From: Octopus vulgaris
Taxonomy: Eukaryota
Assembly: GCA_951406725.2 (NCBI GenBank)
Contig: OX597815.1
Location: 212,164,001 to 212,228,000, forward strand
Length of the DNA stretch: 64,000 nucleotides
Direction: 5' to 3'
The position numbers were made by a program, and so were the translations under genes. Numbering within the stretch: the stretch's first letter is position 1; the number at the start of each line of letters is the position of its first letter. Under the pieces are notes generated by a model. The model saw only the letters and a list, made by a program, of their open reading frames with translations. It made no database searches and was not told the origin of the DNA. This document shows, in pieces, positions 41,373 through 50,932 of the stretch.

Positions 41373-43231
41373 CCATGACAGGCTTTTTCCAGTTCCCACC
41401 ATCCCAATTTACACTATTATGCTACATAATAGGACTGAATTTGAAATCACAACACAGTGGTGCTGATGACTACTGTTCACTCACAAAGTTTTCATAGAAT
41501 ATTATATATATATGTAGTTTATGTCAAGAAACTGAAACATTTTCAAATTTTTTATTTTATTTAATATTTTTGTTTATAGTTTAATTAAATTTTTTTCTAT
41601 AAACAAATATCAATGGAAATAGTAGTTGTGATACCTGTGCCGGTGGCACATAAAAAGCACCATCCGAACGTGGCCGTTGCCAGCGCCGCCTTGGCTGGCT
41701 TCCGTGCCGGTGGCACGTTAAAAGCTCCAACCGATTGTGGCCGATGCCGGGCCCCCACTGACACCTGTGCAGGTAACACGTAAAAAGCACCCACTACACA
41801 CGCGGAGTGGTTGGCGTTAGGAAGGGCATCCAGCTGTAGAATCACTGCCAGATCAGACTGGAGCCTGGTGCAGCCCCTGGCTTCCCAGACCCCGGTCGAA
41901 TCGTCCAACCCGTGCTAGCGCGGAAAACGGACATTAAACGATGATGATGTTGATGAAAATTAACCCCATTACAATGAAACTGAGCCGATAACCTGAGGAG
42001 ATACAGACTAGCTGAATAAAATATCTTTCACATGGCTAAAATGTAACCAGTACATCAGTGATTGATTGTAAATTAATCGTTTCGGCTTTAAGTCTTCCGT
42101 TTCATAAATTCTTGGCAGAACCAAAAAGTGATGTGCTTTACCTTCATTCCTTCTAATCTCTTCTGTAATAAACAATAATAATTGCAAAGCAACTGTCAGC
42201 TCACCTGATCAATTAAGGTCTTCCCAATCTCGTCAACAATATTGTCTTTATTCTGAGACTGAAGCTGCTGCAAGTTGCTAAAGAAACACATGTGAATGGC
42301 GAGGAGGTCTTCCAAACATGGAAACATCATATTGAGACACTCGAGAGTCACTCCCGCTTCACTGTGAAGACGATTACAGATAATCTACAATAACAACAAC
42401 AAAAGAACAATCAACATAAAAACTAATTCAAATCAAAAGAAAATACATAAAGCCACAAGACACACAGATTAACAAATTCATTAAACTAATTAGCATCATT
42501 CTCATTTCACTTCCACTTTTTCATTCTTGCATAATTTGTTGAGGCAGATTTTCTTTGGTCAGATGCTTTTTCTGTTGTTAATTCGTTTGTTTCCAAGCTA
42601 GACATGTTTTCTATAGAAGACTAGAAATGAACAACCTTATTTATGACACATGACAATGGGCTTCTTTCAGTTTCTATCTACCAAATCCATTCACAAAGCT
42701 TTTAGTCAACCTAGGGCTATAGAAGAAGACACTTGCTTAAGATGTGCCTAGAGACTGAATCCATGGTTGGGAAGCAAGCTGCTAACTACACAACACACCA
42801 GTACATGTTCAATAAACCGGTGCATTGCACTATTCATATCTTTATTCAGTTCTAGAATTTAAATTTTTCAAGCTGTTTTTTTGCATTTTCCTTTTCACAT
42901 TTATACTGTTTCAATTTACAGTTGCCATTTGTTTGTGTTTCTTCCAGGTCAGACCAAGTTGATTTATACCACATTCATGCTTACTCATAAAAATATTCTT
43001 TTATACTGGAATCCTAACAGAGTTTCAATTTCCAGATTTTAATTCATTTTCCCATTGTAACTGAATTAATAAGCTCGATTAATTAAGAATCAGAGAACCT
43101 ACCTTTTGCATAATAGTTAACTTTTGGCAATATTTCTTTTCTGTTAGTACCAATTCTAAAAAGAAAACAAAATTAGCATTAGAAATTCCTCAACCTATAG
43201 TCACAATTGGAATAACAAAATAGATTAAATT

Positions 43232-43268
<37 letters not shown>

Positions 43269-46200
43269 GGTGTAGAGAGAAAACCAAGAAAAGATTAGAT
43301 CCAAATCAAAGAATGACTGACTAAAACAAGTTTTCTCATCAAAGCTTAGAGTTAAGATAGATTTCATCAACACAAGTTAATTAGCATTTTAATAACAAAA
43401 AGGACATTTCTTCATAATCCTAACAAGAAAATAAATGAAACAAATAGAAATAATGTATTAGTAATAGTAGGTGCAATTCTGAAATTAAAATCATTAGTCT
43501 TGTTTGTAAAACAGAAGACTTTATGCAATTTCAAATGTGACCATCAACTCTTTTGCAGGAAACACAATTGCTGTAGATTAATGTAAGGCAATCTTATGTT
43601 GGCTGATCACTGAAGATTGAATGTTAATGTGTTGAAACATTACTAGTGAGTTTCATTGCAGGCTTTCCTGAGGAATTGTGATTTGCATGTCATCTATTCA
43701 GACTGATATATATTTTTTTTTTATAGATTTAAACGCTCAAAATCAAGAATGGGTCAGGTCATTTTGTTAGCAAAACGTTGGCCTTCAATCCATGGTGACA
43801 AAATATTTGCTATCCCAGAGGAGACTGATGATAACAATGACAGTCTGGATAATGGAGGTGATGTTGATTTGCCATCCTTTCAGGATTCAGAGGATGAATA
43901 CAATACAAGTGCAAGTGTTGTAGGTAATGACACAATGCATGGGTACACCTGTGCCGAGTCTGGTAGCGGGAAAGAATTGCATGGTGATGGGGATACTGCT
44001 GACAAGGCTGGGTGCACGTAAGGGACTTGAAAAATGACAACCCCACCCCTCTCTCCCACTGTCATAAATGATTTTATCAGTCAAGGTGGACTTGTACAGA
44101 TACCAATTGAAGCTATCCACTCAGTTTATTTTATTTATTTATTTATTTATCTTTTTTTTTTGTTGTTGATACTGATGCTGAGTGTTCATATCAGAATTAT
44201 CTTGAGATAGAAACCAATGAATATTTCACCAACTGAATAAGGAAATATGGGACCACTCCCAAAATACGTCTGTGGCAATCAATGACACTTAGAAAAAAAG
44301 ACCAGGATGAGTTGTCGGTTTACGTTTCAATATGGAACTTATACATAAACAAATCATACTGAGTTTTACACAAATTGTCAGAAAATTATTTGCCCACACC
44401 ACAAGGTTTCAAAAAAAAAATTATCTACTAGGCGCAGGAGTGGCTGTGTGGTAAGTAGCTTGCTAACCAACCACATGGTTCCGGGTTCACTCCCACTGCA
44501 CGGCACCTTGGGCAAGTATCTTCTACTATAGCTTCGGGCCGACCAGATCCTTGTGAGTGGATTTGGTAGACGGAAACTGAAAGAAGCCTGTCGTATATAT
44601 GTATATATATATATATATGTGTGTGTGTATGTGTTTCTCCCCCTAGCATTGCTTGACAACCGATGCTGGTGTGTTTATGTCCCCGTTACTTAGCAGTTCG
44701 GCAAAAGAGACCGATAGAATAAGTACTGGGCTTACAAAAGGAATAAGTCCCGGGGTCGAGTTGCTCGATTAAAGGCGGTGCTCCAGCATGGCCGCAGTCA
44801 AACGACTGAAACAAGTAAAAGAGTAAAAGAGAGAGTAGTGAAAGGTTTGAAATACCTTTACTGTAAAATAAAGATAGAAATCAAATATAGCTTACCATAA
44901 ATATGATCTTGTCGTTTCACCTCTTTATGACTTAGCTTTTTGACAACCTGCAATAATCAAAAACCATGATGTAAGGGATATTTCAAGACTCAATTATTCC
45001 AATGTTCATCATTCATCAAATGTTGGATGAATGATGAACACAAAGTACACATATGAATGAACAGACACACATTTATATATTTGAAAGTTTTCAAGAACAT
45101 CCATCTCGCATAAATCTGAAACAGGATAAAGAAAAATCAAATATTAAAACCAAATGAATGAAAACTCAAGCATATTGTGGACCTGTCGGACTTTGTTTAT
45201 CACACACACACACACACACACACTTGAATGTGTGACTATGTTGTGAAGAGGTTCACTGTACAACCATGAGCTTTTAAGTGCAGTCGTATTGTGTGATACC
45301 TTGAAAAAAATGCCATTGCCCTGGGCCAACCAAGGCCTTGTGAGTAAATATGAAAAACAGAAACTGTGCAAAACTCATCAGATATGAATGAATGAATGCA
45401 TACTTGCATCTGTCTGTCTGTCTGTATGTGTGAATATTTACAATTCTGGACTATGGAGTATGAAATTTGTAGTCATTTCCCCCATCAACATTAACCGGGC
45501 TTTCAAAAATGAGCAAAATGAAATCTCCTTTATGTGCAAAACTGGGCAAGTAACAGCAAATAAGGGCTTCTGACTATAAAACAATGCCTCAACCAAATAC
45601 ATTTATCTAACCCAAGCAACCATGAAAAACCAGACAAGAAACAAATGGTCAAATGCATAACATTGAGTGTGTGGTTTCAGAAGGGTGCATCCCAACCAAT
45701 CGGTTTGGGTTCAGTCCCACAGCACAGCACCTTGGGCAGGTATCTTCTACTATAGCCCTGGTACAACCAATAAGCCTTGTGAGTGGATTTGGTAGATGGA
45801 AGCTGAAAGGAGCTTGCTCACTCTCACTCTCTCTGTGGTGTAGATATTGCACTTCTCTGAAAACTGTTCAGATAAGGGCAGTGGCATTGCTGTCATTTCC
45901 CATGAACAGGGTGTCCACTGGGATTGTGTCTTCATTGATGGGTAGAATAAGACATCCCTTACTCGAAAAATTATTAAAAGTTAACAATAGAAAGGACATA
46001 ACAATGCTGCAATAATATACCCGTGTAACTCAAGCTAGTGTGGAAGAAAAATGGGCATAAAAAGCAAAAAAAAAATAGATGATTTTTTTCTCTCCATCAC
46101 AACCTTCTTTTCATTTTCTCAACTCCTCCCACTCACCCCTATATAATGTGGGATAACCGTGTATCTCCTCTGTAGCAAGACACCTGTCCTTGTTTCTCTA

Positions 46201-48619
46201 TTATATTATAGCCTTTCACCACCTTGCCTAAAGACGCCTCCCCCGCTCTCCTACTTAGTACTAAGGGCTTCTCCTTTTGCTTGCCCTTTTTCTGTCTTAT
46301 TTGGCAACCTTACAAGTGTTGGTGGCATGAAAAAAGCACCCAATGCACAATGTAAAGTAGTTGGCATTAAGAAGGACATCCAAACTATGCCGGAAAGGAA
46401 AACAGAATGAGGTAACACTCAAATGTTCTGCACCTTGTAAGACATATGCATTAGAAAAAACACAAAGCGTTGTTCAAAGTGATTTGTAATGTAAAGAGAA
46501 AAGACATTGTCACCAAACCATGGTACATGAAAAAGAAAAATGTTAAGACTTCTCACTATCTTTAATAATTTCAATAAAACAATACCTTTTTGTCAACTGA
46601 GATGCTCCATGCTTCAGGTTCATTTTCTTCCACACACAAGAAAGGGTCACTTTCCAAGACTGTCTGATCCAAACCATCTGCTTCAATTAACACAAGAACA
46701 ATATTTAAGAAAACACTAGACATTTTCAGTTATTCAAGTAAAAATCAAAAACCTATCTCAAAGAATTCTCTTTCTCTGTGAACATTAATATCTTACAGAC
46801 ATTACAATGTTAGAGGCAAAATAAAACTATAATCACAAGATATGAAGTTTTAAACTTGCAGAGTACTTCCCACTAAAAATACGTATTTACATATAAAAAG
46901 CAAAAATCTGTCATTTGAGAAATACTAAGTGTACACAGAATAGCTGCATTTTTGTCTCAGCAAGAATGTATTCTGATAAGAGACGGAGAGCAATCGCATA
47001 CACACAAGAGAAGGGAGGGGGGAATCATCAATAAAACAGCAAAAGTTTTAAAGATAATGTAAAAAGCAGGTTTAGGATGACAGGGCCCAATGCTTTAAAA
47101 CAGATTTTAATTATTTTAATTGGAGAACTAAACATTAAATTCTATATCTCAATAGTATAATTATATGCTGAAAAGTCAGCAGATCTAGATAAATTAAACG
47201 TAGGCAAATATAGAGAGAAAATAGGCAAAAGAAAGCTTAATTGAGAAAGAAGCTTATACTTACGCTCGTCAAGGGATTCCATTGACTCGCTAATGGTCTC
47301 ACCAATGCTGATAAAAATGGAAGAAGAAAATTAATAATATTTCACAAATAATAATAATAATAATAATAATAATATTAATAATAATAATATTAATATTAAT
47401 AATAATAATATTAATAATATTAATATTAATAATAATCATAATCATAATAATAATAATAAATGCCCTGATACAGTACCAGGCAGTGGCTCTCATGGCTTCT
47501 GATCTTAACTGATTGGAAGTGTCATCATGTACATTGTTTTGTCTTGGTATAAAAGATGGGCTACAGCAAATATTCTGCTCAATACCACAAATTTGCTTGT
47601 CAGTTGCTTGACCTTAACCAGTTGAGCATGTCCCTTAGTGGCTGACAATGTGTGCATCTCTGATCATGAGCAGAAGTAGTGGGGGAGCATCATAGCCATG
47701 TGTTGAGAGGATTCTTTGGGGCTTGAATAATTCACCTCTGGAAACATGGGTGTTTCGTTCAACGTCCTTAAATAACCCTTATTCAGGGACTTTTTGAGCG
47801 GGATGGGTTACTCAACCTGAAGAAAATTCTAATTGGGCCCCACCTGCAAGGTCATGTGCTTTTTATCTTGATATGAGATCACCATGTCACGCTCATATGG
47901 TTGTGATGTATGTGCCTAGTGTACCCTTATCAGATGGGTATACTGGGTTCCATATATTTTACTCCAGTGTCACTTTGATGGCATGCACTGCTCTCTCACT
48001 CACTCAATAATAATCATCATTTAATGTCCACTGTTCCATTCCTGCATGAGTCAGATGAAATTCTTTGAAGCAGACTTTCTACAACCAGCTGCTGCTTCCA
48101 AGCATGGTAATATTTTCTCCGTGTCTAGGCATGTTTTTCACAGAAGACTTGGAAATGAACAACCTTGCTTGTATGATGATGATGCTTATTTACAACCAAC
48201 ATGTGGTCTAGACAAGGGTACACACAGAGAAAACGGGCTTCTTTCAGTTTCCATCTACTAAATTCACTCACAAAGCTTTCGTTGGCCTGGGGTTATGGTA
48301 GAAGATTCCTGACTGAAGCCAAAACCACATGGCTGGAAAGCAAGCCTCTTAACTACACAACTACACATATCTAAACAAAACCTATTTAAACCTACATCAG
48401 ACGTTAAAAATGTTGCCTCAAATTTCTATCATGCTGTATATATATATATATACACACACAATTGCAGCGTGGAAGGTGTTTATAAACCATTTAAGAAACA
48501 CACAAAAACCGTTAGATTCACTTCAACATTTAAATTTAATTCGTCAAAATATTTTCGTCGCTTTGAGACCGCGACCTGTTCACGATCACAAATCAGGTCA
48601 CTTGCTATGCAAGTACATC

Positions 48620-48655
<36 letters not shown>

Positions 48656-50113
48656 TAAGATAATCAAAAGGTAATGAAAATTAGTGATGGTCTCTACCAG
48701 CATTAAAAAAATTAACAAAATTTTTTTAATAAAATTTATGAAAAATGAGTTTTAAAGTTTCAAATGAGTTACCAAGTGTATACCTAGTTTATAGTCTTTA
48801 GTGATGTTATAGACACCAAGCAGAATCAATGCATTTTACAAAATTATCAATGATTTCTGGTGAAGGTATATAGCCCAGTAGTTAGGGTGCTGTACTCTCA
48901 CAATCACAAGATCAGGACACCAGGTGGCATATTGTGTTCATGAGCAAAACACCTCATTTCAAATTGCTCCAGTTCACTCAGCTGTAGAAATGAGTAACCC
49001 TGCAACAGACTGGTGTTCTGTTTAGGGAGAATGTCATGGTGGTGGACACTTGTACACCATAGGCCAGTCCACCAAGCCAGCAGGGTTGCTTCATTTAAAG
49101 ATTACAACAGTGCAAGGAAGCACATTGTGACTATTGGTGATTAACAATATCTGAGAATTTCACAGGTACAAGGGTTAATGAATTTTGTCTAGTTTCAAAA
49201 TTAAACAATTTGTCAGGATATTGTTGATGCCAACAGACTTATCTCTGAGATGGTAGGAAACTAAAAATCTTAATGTGATTTTTCAGACACTAGAGGCCAT
49301 CTTCCATTCTAGTGTATTTCGTAGTATATAAGAGAGATACAGGCTGACTGCATAATATCATCATTTCAATCTAAAGCCTAGCTTTCATTGCAAATACCAT
49401 CTCAGTGTTCTCAAGGAAATTACAGAGCAGTACTTGTTACAACCAAGAGAAAGGCAAGTTACTGTTTTCTTAGAACATGATCAGTGCTCATAGTTACAAC
49501 TATAGAGGCTTACACAATCTAAGGGATTTCATAAGCCATTTGGGGTTCCTGGAGATTTTTTTCAAATGTTTAACCCTTTAGTGTTCAGATTATTCAATCA
49601 AACATAATGCCTATTGATTCCCATTGATTTGAATTAATCATGCATTATCTCATATCTTCAAGATCTTGATGGTGTAATTACTTAATGTAGAATAACATTG
49701 TAGGGTAGGTGTGAGAGCCTGGATCTGGTCAGTTTGAACATAAAACAGATTAAATATTTTGGCCGGATATGGCCGGTTTAAATACTAAAGGGTTAAATAG
49801 TTTTCAATGCTTTAGTGACTATGCTACTGAGTTTTCCCTGTACATGTGTACTCCTGATCAATATATGGTGCAATATTGCTTATTGTCTTTATTGATGACA
49901 CACAGTCACATTAACATTAGCTTAGTACCCATCCTATTATTTCTTTCACTAGACAAGGCGTTTAAAGTTTGTTTCCCCTGTAATAAATGAGATATACAGG
50001 TGCGTTGCGGGGGGGGACACATCAGAAAATAATTTAGATGATTTACTAACTTTGAATGCATTGATTCTGGACGATTGCTACTAAATTCTTCTCTTTCTTC
50101 AGAAATTCTGTGG
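1..50113 (-). CDS. ARHGEF18-like: Multi-exon Lbc-family RhoGEF gene (DH-PH, coiled coil); 22 exons traced, partial at both ends
   Basis: Manual splicing of 22 GT-AG exons gives 2613 nt without stops and with matching phases. Motifs: EPEAWSISVD, EVKRQDHIYELVLTE, MFPCLEDLLAIH, YGYFCSHH, HRLTKYP, RKLIHEG, PEMYELVC, PKRAETFAGFD. These match the Lbc subfamily; the exact vertebrate paralog cannot be assigned. Confidence 0.95.
1304..1399 (-). CDS. RhoGEF exon, coiled coil (EELMREREEFELEKKRNRENQERDSVQLQKEK)
   Basis: Acceptor tctacttgtag, donor gtaaga, 96 nt, E/R/K-rich. Confidence 0.92.
2090..2300 (-). mobile_element. Decayed RTE-type LINE 3' fragment
   Basis: Remnant peptides GRMKWLDDI and LGIQQESAMMVGSDRNRWKRYL in different frames. 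Confidence 0.55.
2486..2591 (-). CDS. RhoGEF exon, coiled coil (LRIQLAEAKETICKMNAEKLEINKHSQLEGLRNLK)
   Basis: Acceptor ttgtttttcag, donor gtaatt, 106 nt. Confidence 0.92.
3742..3776 (-). CDS. RhoGEF 35-nt exon (QLSSQQNTTIE)
   Basis: Acceptor tttcttttacag, donor gtatgt; needed to bridge phase 0 to phase 2. Confidence 0.88.
5769..6376. mobile_element. TTAA-flanked piggyBac-type MITE interrupted by the CR1 insertion
   Basis: Ends ttaa-ccctttcgttac and gtaacaaaaagg-ttaa. Confidence 0.7.
5960..6351 (+). mobile_element. 5'-truncated CR1-type LINE (ORF2 C-terminus, 3'UTR, (ATT)n tail)
   Basis: Peptide THGHIYKV...RKHFFTLRVAEAWNKLPASVV...SFK; TSD agaaatac at 5952-5959 and 6352-6359. Confidence 0.88.
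6568..6958 (-). mobile_element. SINE family A
   Basis: Reverse complement of the 22285 copy. Confidence 0.9.
7754..7999 (-). CDS. RhoGEF exon (DSMKMNNRKS...proline-rich...QIYHFLHSFL)
   Basis: Acceptor ttttttaag, donor gtgagt, 246 nt open; overlaps ORF 7709..7993. Confidence 0.9.
8395..8489 (-). CDS. RhoGEF exon (DPGQKRPHSYVNQEGRSASMFNLHESDSTGSK)
   Basis: Acceptor ctcttatttag, donor gtgaga, 95 nt, phase 1-0. Confidence 0.9.
11030..11182 (-). CDS. RhoGEF exon with PKRAETFAGFD motif
   Basis: Acceptor gtccttcag, donor gtaagg, 153 nt; matches the LPRRAETFGGFD motif of AKAP13/ARHGEF18. Confidence 0.95.
11965..12350 (+). mobile_element. Family B retroposon with (GAT)n tail and internal tandem units
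   Basis: ggttggcgttaggaagggcatccagctgtagaaac...ccaacccatgctagcatggaaagcggacgttaaacgatg; about 12 copies in window. Confidence 0.85.
13539..13935 (+). mobile_element. Non-autonomous Helitron, copy 1
   Basis: A|TC start, CTAG|T end, subterminal hairpin cccgagcaacgccggg, no TSD. Confidence 0.88.
16500..17090 (+). mobile_element. Decayed RTE-type LINE fragment (endonuclease region)
   Basis: Reads RLLEFCDTNDLTICNINVSKATSH before a stop, similar to the RLLEFC..N.L.I.NT.F.K motif. Confidence 0.7.
17276..17347. repeat. (GAT)n microsatellite
   Basis: About 24 GAT/GAC units. Confidence 0.95.
18428..18779 (-). mobile_element. tRNA-derived SINE family D
   Basis: Head tggctcagtggttaaagc, core ttcttgagcaagacac...ccagttcactcagctgtagaaatgag; TSD tctcaaagtacata at 18414 and 18780. 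Confidence 0.88.
22285..22669 (+). mobile_element. tRNA-derived SINE, family A, full length
   Basis: A box tggctgtgtgg, B box ggttcagtccc, core cactttgggcaagtgtc, internal (TA/TG)n, tail gtaaaagagtaaaagag. Confidence 0.9.
23079..23142 (-). CDS. RhoGEF exon (EKHPLKDDGLENEYVQYALKE)
   Basis: Acceptor gattctgtag, donor gtaagt, 64 nt, phase 0-1. Confidence 0.88.
24120..24465 (-). mobile_element. Second CR1-type LINE 3' fragment with (AACT)n tail
   Basis: Peptide RLRGHSEKLYLRRFHLNRRRGAFSVWVADPWNKLPGEMV...RFK. Confidence 0.85.
24521..24747. mobile_element. piggyBac-type MITE, same family (also 62910-63093 and partial about 8109-8240)
   Basis: Colinear similarity to the 49570 copy. Confidence 0.75.
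24807..24979 (-). CDS. RhoGEF exon (ETMKSLDQQIIKCCDDKKCLLVQYAELL...AEAM)
   Basis: Acceptor ttccattttag; donor gtgcgt, or in-frame gttagt at 24869. Confidence 0.88.
25700..26160 (+). mobile_element. Decayed RTE-type LINE 3' fragment
   Basis: Purine-rich remnant resembling the RTE ORF C-terminus; boundaries approximate. Confidence 0.5.
28093..28179 (-). CDS. RhoGEF exon (VPVEATQSFKKAEEQKIMEIRRQRIRLLF)
   Basis: Acceptor ttttctcttctag (alternative ttccag 6 nt inside), donor gtaaat, phase 1-1. Confidence 0.9.
30158..30663 (+). mobile_element. Non-autonomous Helitron, copy 2 (different interior)
   Basis: Same TC/CTAG termini and hairpin as copy 1, inserted at AT. Confidence 0.88.
30730..31530 (+). 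mobile_element. Two consecutive family A SINEs (older copies also near 3335, 4610, 37330, 38630, 40090, 42655, 45700, 58385, 59900)
   Basis: Repeated head, core and tail motifs; boundaries approximate. Confidence 0.8.
31552..31741 (-). CDS. RhoGEF exon, PH end (VIPLYELLVRE...GIYLIS...PEMYELVC...WIHHLSYAVSHCP)
   Basis: Acceptor cttgtatttcag, donor gtaaat, 190 nt. Confidence 0.96.
32812..32897 (-). CDS. RhoGEF exon, PH (DVTALVLTDLIVLMQENNQKYTFTMQDNK)
   Basis: Acceptor atattttcag, donor gtttgt, 86 nt; LTD.L..LQE..QKY motif. Confidence 0.95.
33853..34370 (-). mobile_element. Family B retroposon with expanded 60-63 bp tandem array
   Basis: (CAT)n tail on + strand, family B body, six units from 34024. 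Confidence 0.88.
34420..34665 (-). mobile_element. Degenerate CR1 3' end (same 3'UTR also at about 29600-29715 and 20920-20950)
   Basis: Shares gtgcacctgagcactgta with the 5960-6351 copy. Confidence 0.7.
35428..35802 (+). mobile_element. SINE family D with duplicated head
   Basis: Same core as the 18428 copy; catggctcagt head occurs twice. Confidence 0.85.
35851..35932 (-). CDS. RhoGEF exon, PH start (RKLIHEGEIGWKTSRGKVT)
   Basis: Acceptor ttctatttgcag, donor gtaagg, 82 nt. Confidence 0.95.
36150..36554 (+). mobile_element. SINE family C with internal duplication
   Basis: Head ggcggcaagctggcagaa, B box gagttcaaattcc, core gcctttcatcctttcagggtcgataaattaagtaccag; 15-bp TSD agaaatcatcctaca at 36135 and 36555. 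Confidence 0.9.
36965..37295. repeat. AT-rich fold-back element with about 120-bp inverted arms, within (TA)n
   Basis: accactattaggcaaatcaaa...aaaccaatacatagaaataaaattaattaataaaaaa mirrored on the right side. Confidence 0.85.
37766..37932 (-). CDS. RhoGEF exon, DH end and linker (LALEHIKEILTNVNSQVEEYERAQHLEEIIQRIDPRS...)
   Basis: Acceptor ttattttttag, donor gtaatt, 167 nt; overlaps ORF 37712..37912. Confidence 0.96.
38090..38317. mobile_element. piggyBac-type MITE, same family as 49570
   Basis: ttaaccctt...aagggttaa ends; shared interior agaatgacattgtagggtaggtgtgag. Confidence 0.8.
38973..39090 (-). CDS. RhoGEF exon, DH CR3 (REIPDFLLIVTHRLTKYPTMIESIVKNTK)
   Basis: Acceptor ctcttatttgcag, donor gtagac, 118 nt. 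Confidence 0.95.
40648..40770 (-). CDS. RhoGEF exon, DH CR2 (FDGENSERIKNVYGYFCSHHKESATVYKDL...)
   Basis: Acceptor ccttttaacag, donor gtaagt, 123 nt. Confidence 0.96.
41625..41955 (+). mobile_element. Family B retroposon (others at about 1050-1275, 3010-3190, 23500-23725, 28942-29093, 31973-32220, 37500-37700, 56762-56914)
   Basis: Same body and (GAT)n tail. Confidence 0.85.
42205..42384 (-). CDS. RhoGEF exon, DH (IICNRLH...MFPCLEDLLAIH...IGKTLIDQ)
   Basis: Acceptor ttattgtag, donor gtgagc, 180 nt open. Confidence 0.96.
43103..43155 (-). CDS. RhoGEF exon, DH CR1 (ELVLTEKKYCQKLTIMQK)
   Basis: Acceptor ttttctttttag, donor gtaggt, 53 nt. Confidence 0.95.
43600..44260 (+). pseudogene. Decayed piggyBac-like transposase 5' region
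   Basis: Acidic N-terminal ORF 43749..44021, then broken frames reading PPLSPTVINDFISQGG, PLSLFYLF and EIETNEY, resembling the P..FF.LFF...ETN.Y region of piggyBac transposases. Confidence 0.55.
44431..44836 (+). mobile_element. SINE family A, full length
   Basis: Near-identical to the 22285 copy. Confidence 0.9.
44896..44947 (-). CDS. RhoGEF exon, DH start (VVKKLSHKEVKRQDHIY)
   Basis: Acceptor ttattgcag, donor gtaagc, 52 nt; KRQD.IYE motif. Confidence 0.95.
46586..46677 (-). CDS. RhoGEF exon (GLDQTVLESDPFLCVEENEPEAWSISVDKK)
   Basis: Tandem aag/cag acceptor, donor gtattg; conserved pre-DH E.E.WS..VD motif of Lbc GEFs. Confidence 0.93.
47264..47307 (-). CDS. RhoGEF exon (NIGETISESMESLDE)
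   Basis: Acceptor ttccatttttatcag, donor gtaagt, 44 nt, phase 2-1. Confidence 0.88.
47349..48010. repeat. (AAT)n microsatellite followed by an unclassified interspersed repeat ending in aataataat
   Basis: About 110 bp of AAT variants, then about 550 bp of more GC-rich sequence bounded by AAT repeats. Confidence 0.6.
49570..49796. mobile_element. piggyBac-type MITE (about 225 bp)
   Basis: ttaa-ccctttagt ... actaaaggg-ttaa inverted ends; multicopy in window. Confidence 0.8.
50051..50113 (-). CDS. RhoGEF exon (HRISEEREEFSSNRPESMHS), phase 2-2
   Basis: Acceptor ttctttcttttttccag, donor gttagt, 63 nt, in frame with next exon. Confidence 0.8.
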
Positions 50114-50734
50114 CTGGAAAAAAGAAAGAATAAATAAATAATTAAATAAAAGAACTACAGAATCAGTCAACACACATCATCTTTTTATCTTGCAGAGACT
50201 AATGACCAGTCAAAAGTAATTAGATGCAAATGCAATTACTAGATGCCTATGCAGCAGAAACGTGCATCGGACCCAATTAAATCAAATATGCTGTAGAAAT
50301 AAAAAAAAATATGCAGATGTACTAGTTTCCATATTCATTGTAATTGTCTCGGATATGCACTTGGCAAAATATTTATAATCCAGCAAAACAAACCCAGGAT
50401 TTACTCATCAGATGAAATTCAGTGGGATTGCTTACCTTAAGTAACCCTAGGTGTTCCTTACAACTCGATGCAGTTAGACATGTCCTGGATTATAGCTAAA
50501 TGATCATACAGTACCTAGCCTGGATACTTTATCTCTGTCTATTCATTAATCCAAGCCAGCATGGAAAATGGACACTAATTGATGATGATGATTATATGTG
50601 TGTATATATACTTAAATATTCTTTCACAAAAAAAAAAAAAAAAATCTTTGTTGCTGTTGCTTTTTATGACAGAAAGCTTCTAAATCAAAAACAGAAATGT
50701 TCTAAAATTCTTCAAGCAAGGACATACTCTAGTC

Positions 50735-50932
50735 CAGCAGTTCTTAACCATGACTCCCAGCCCTACATGCAGCCCTCAAGCATCCCCTCAGTGGCTCCCA
50801 ATGGTCTTCTCTCTATAAATGTAACAAATTTTTCTTTAATTGATGTGTGTTTTACTATTTTGGGTGAGGCATCCTTAAAAAAAATCCAGGTTTTGGATCT
50901 GATTCAGATATTAAAAAGGTTAAGAACCACTA
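50735..50932. mobile_element. Old hAT-like MITE (another hAT-like end at about 11636-11650)
   Basis: cagcagttcttaacc ... ggttaagaaccact imperfect inverted ends. Confidence 0.45.

Noticed and set aside
50430-50500. Strong minus-strand donor aag/gtaagc near 50435
   Set aside because: The phase-2 frame needed to join the next exon contains a stop; at most a non-coding exon, with no further support.
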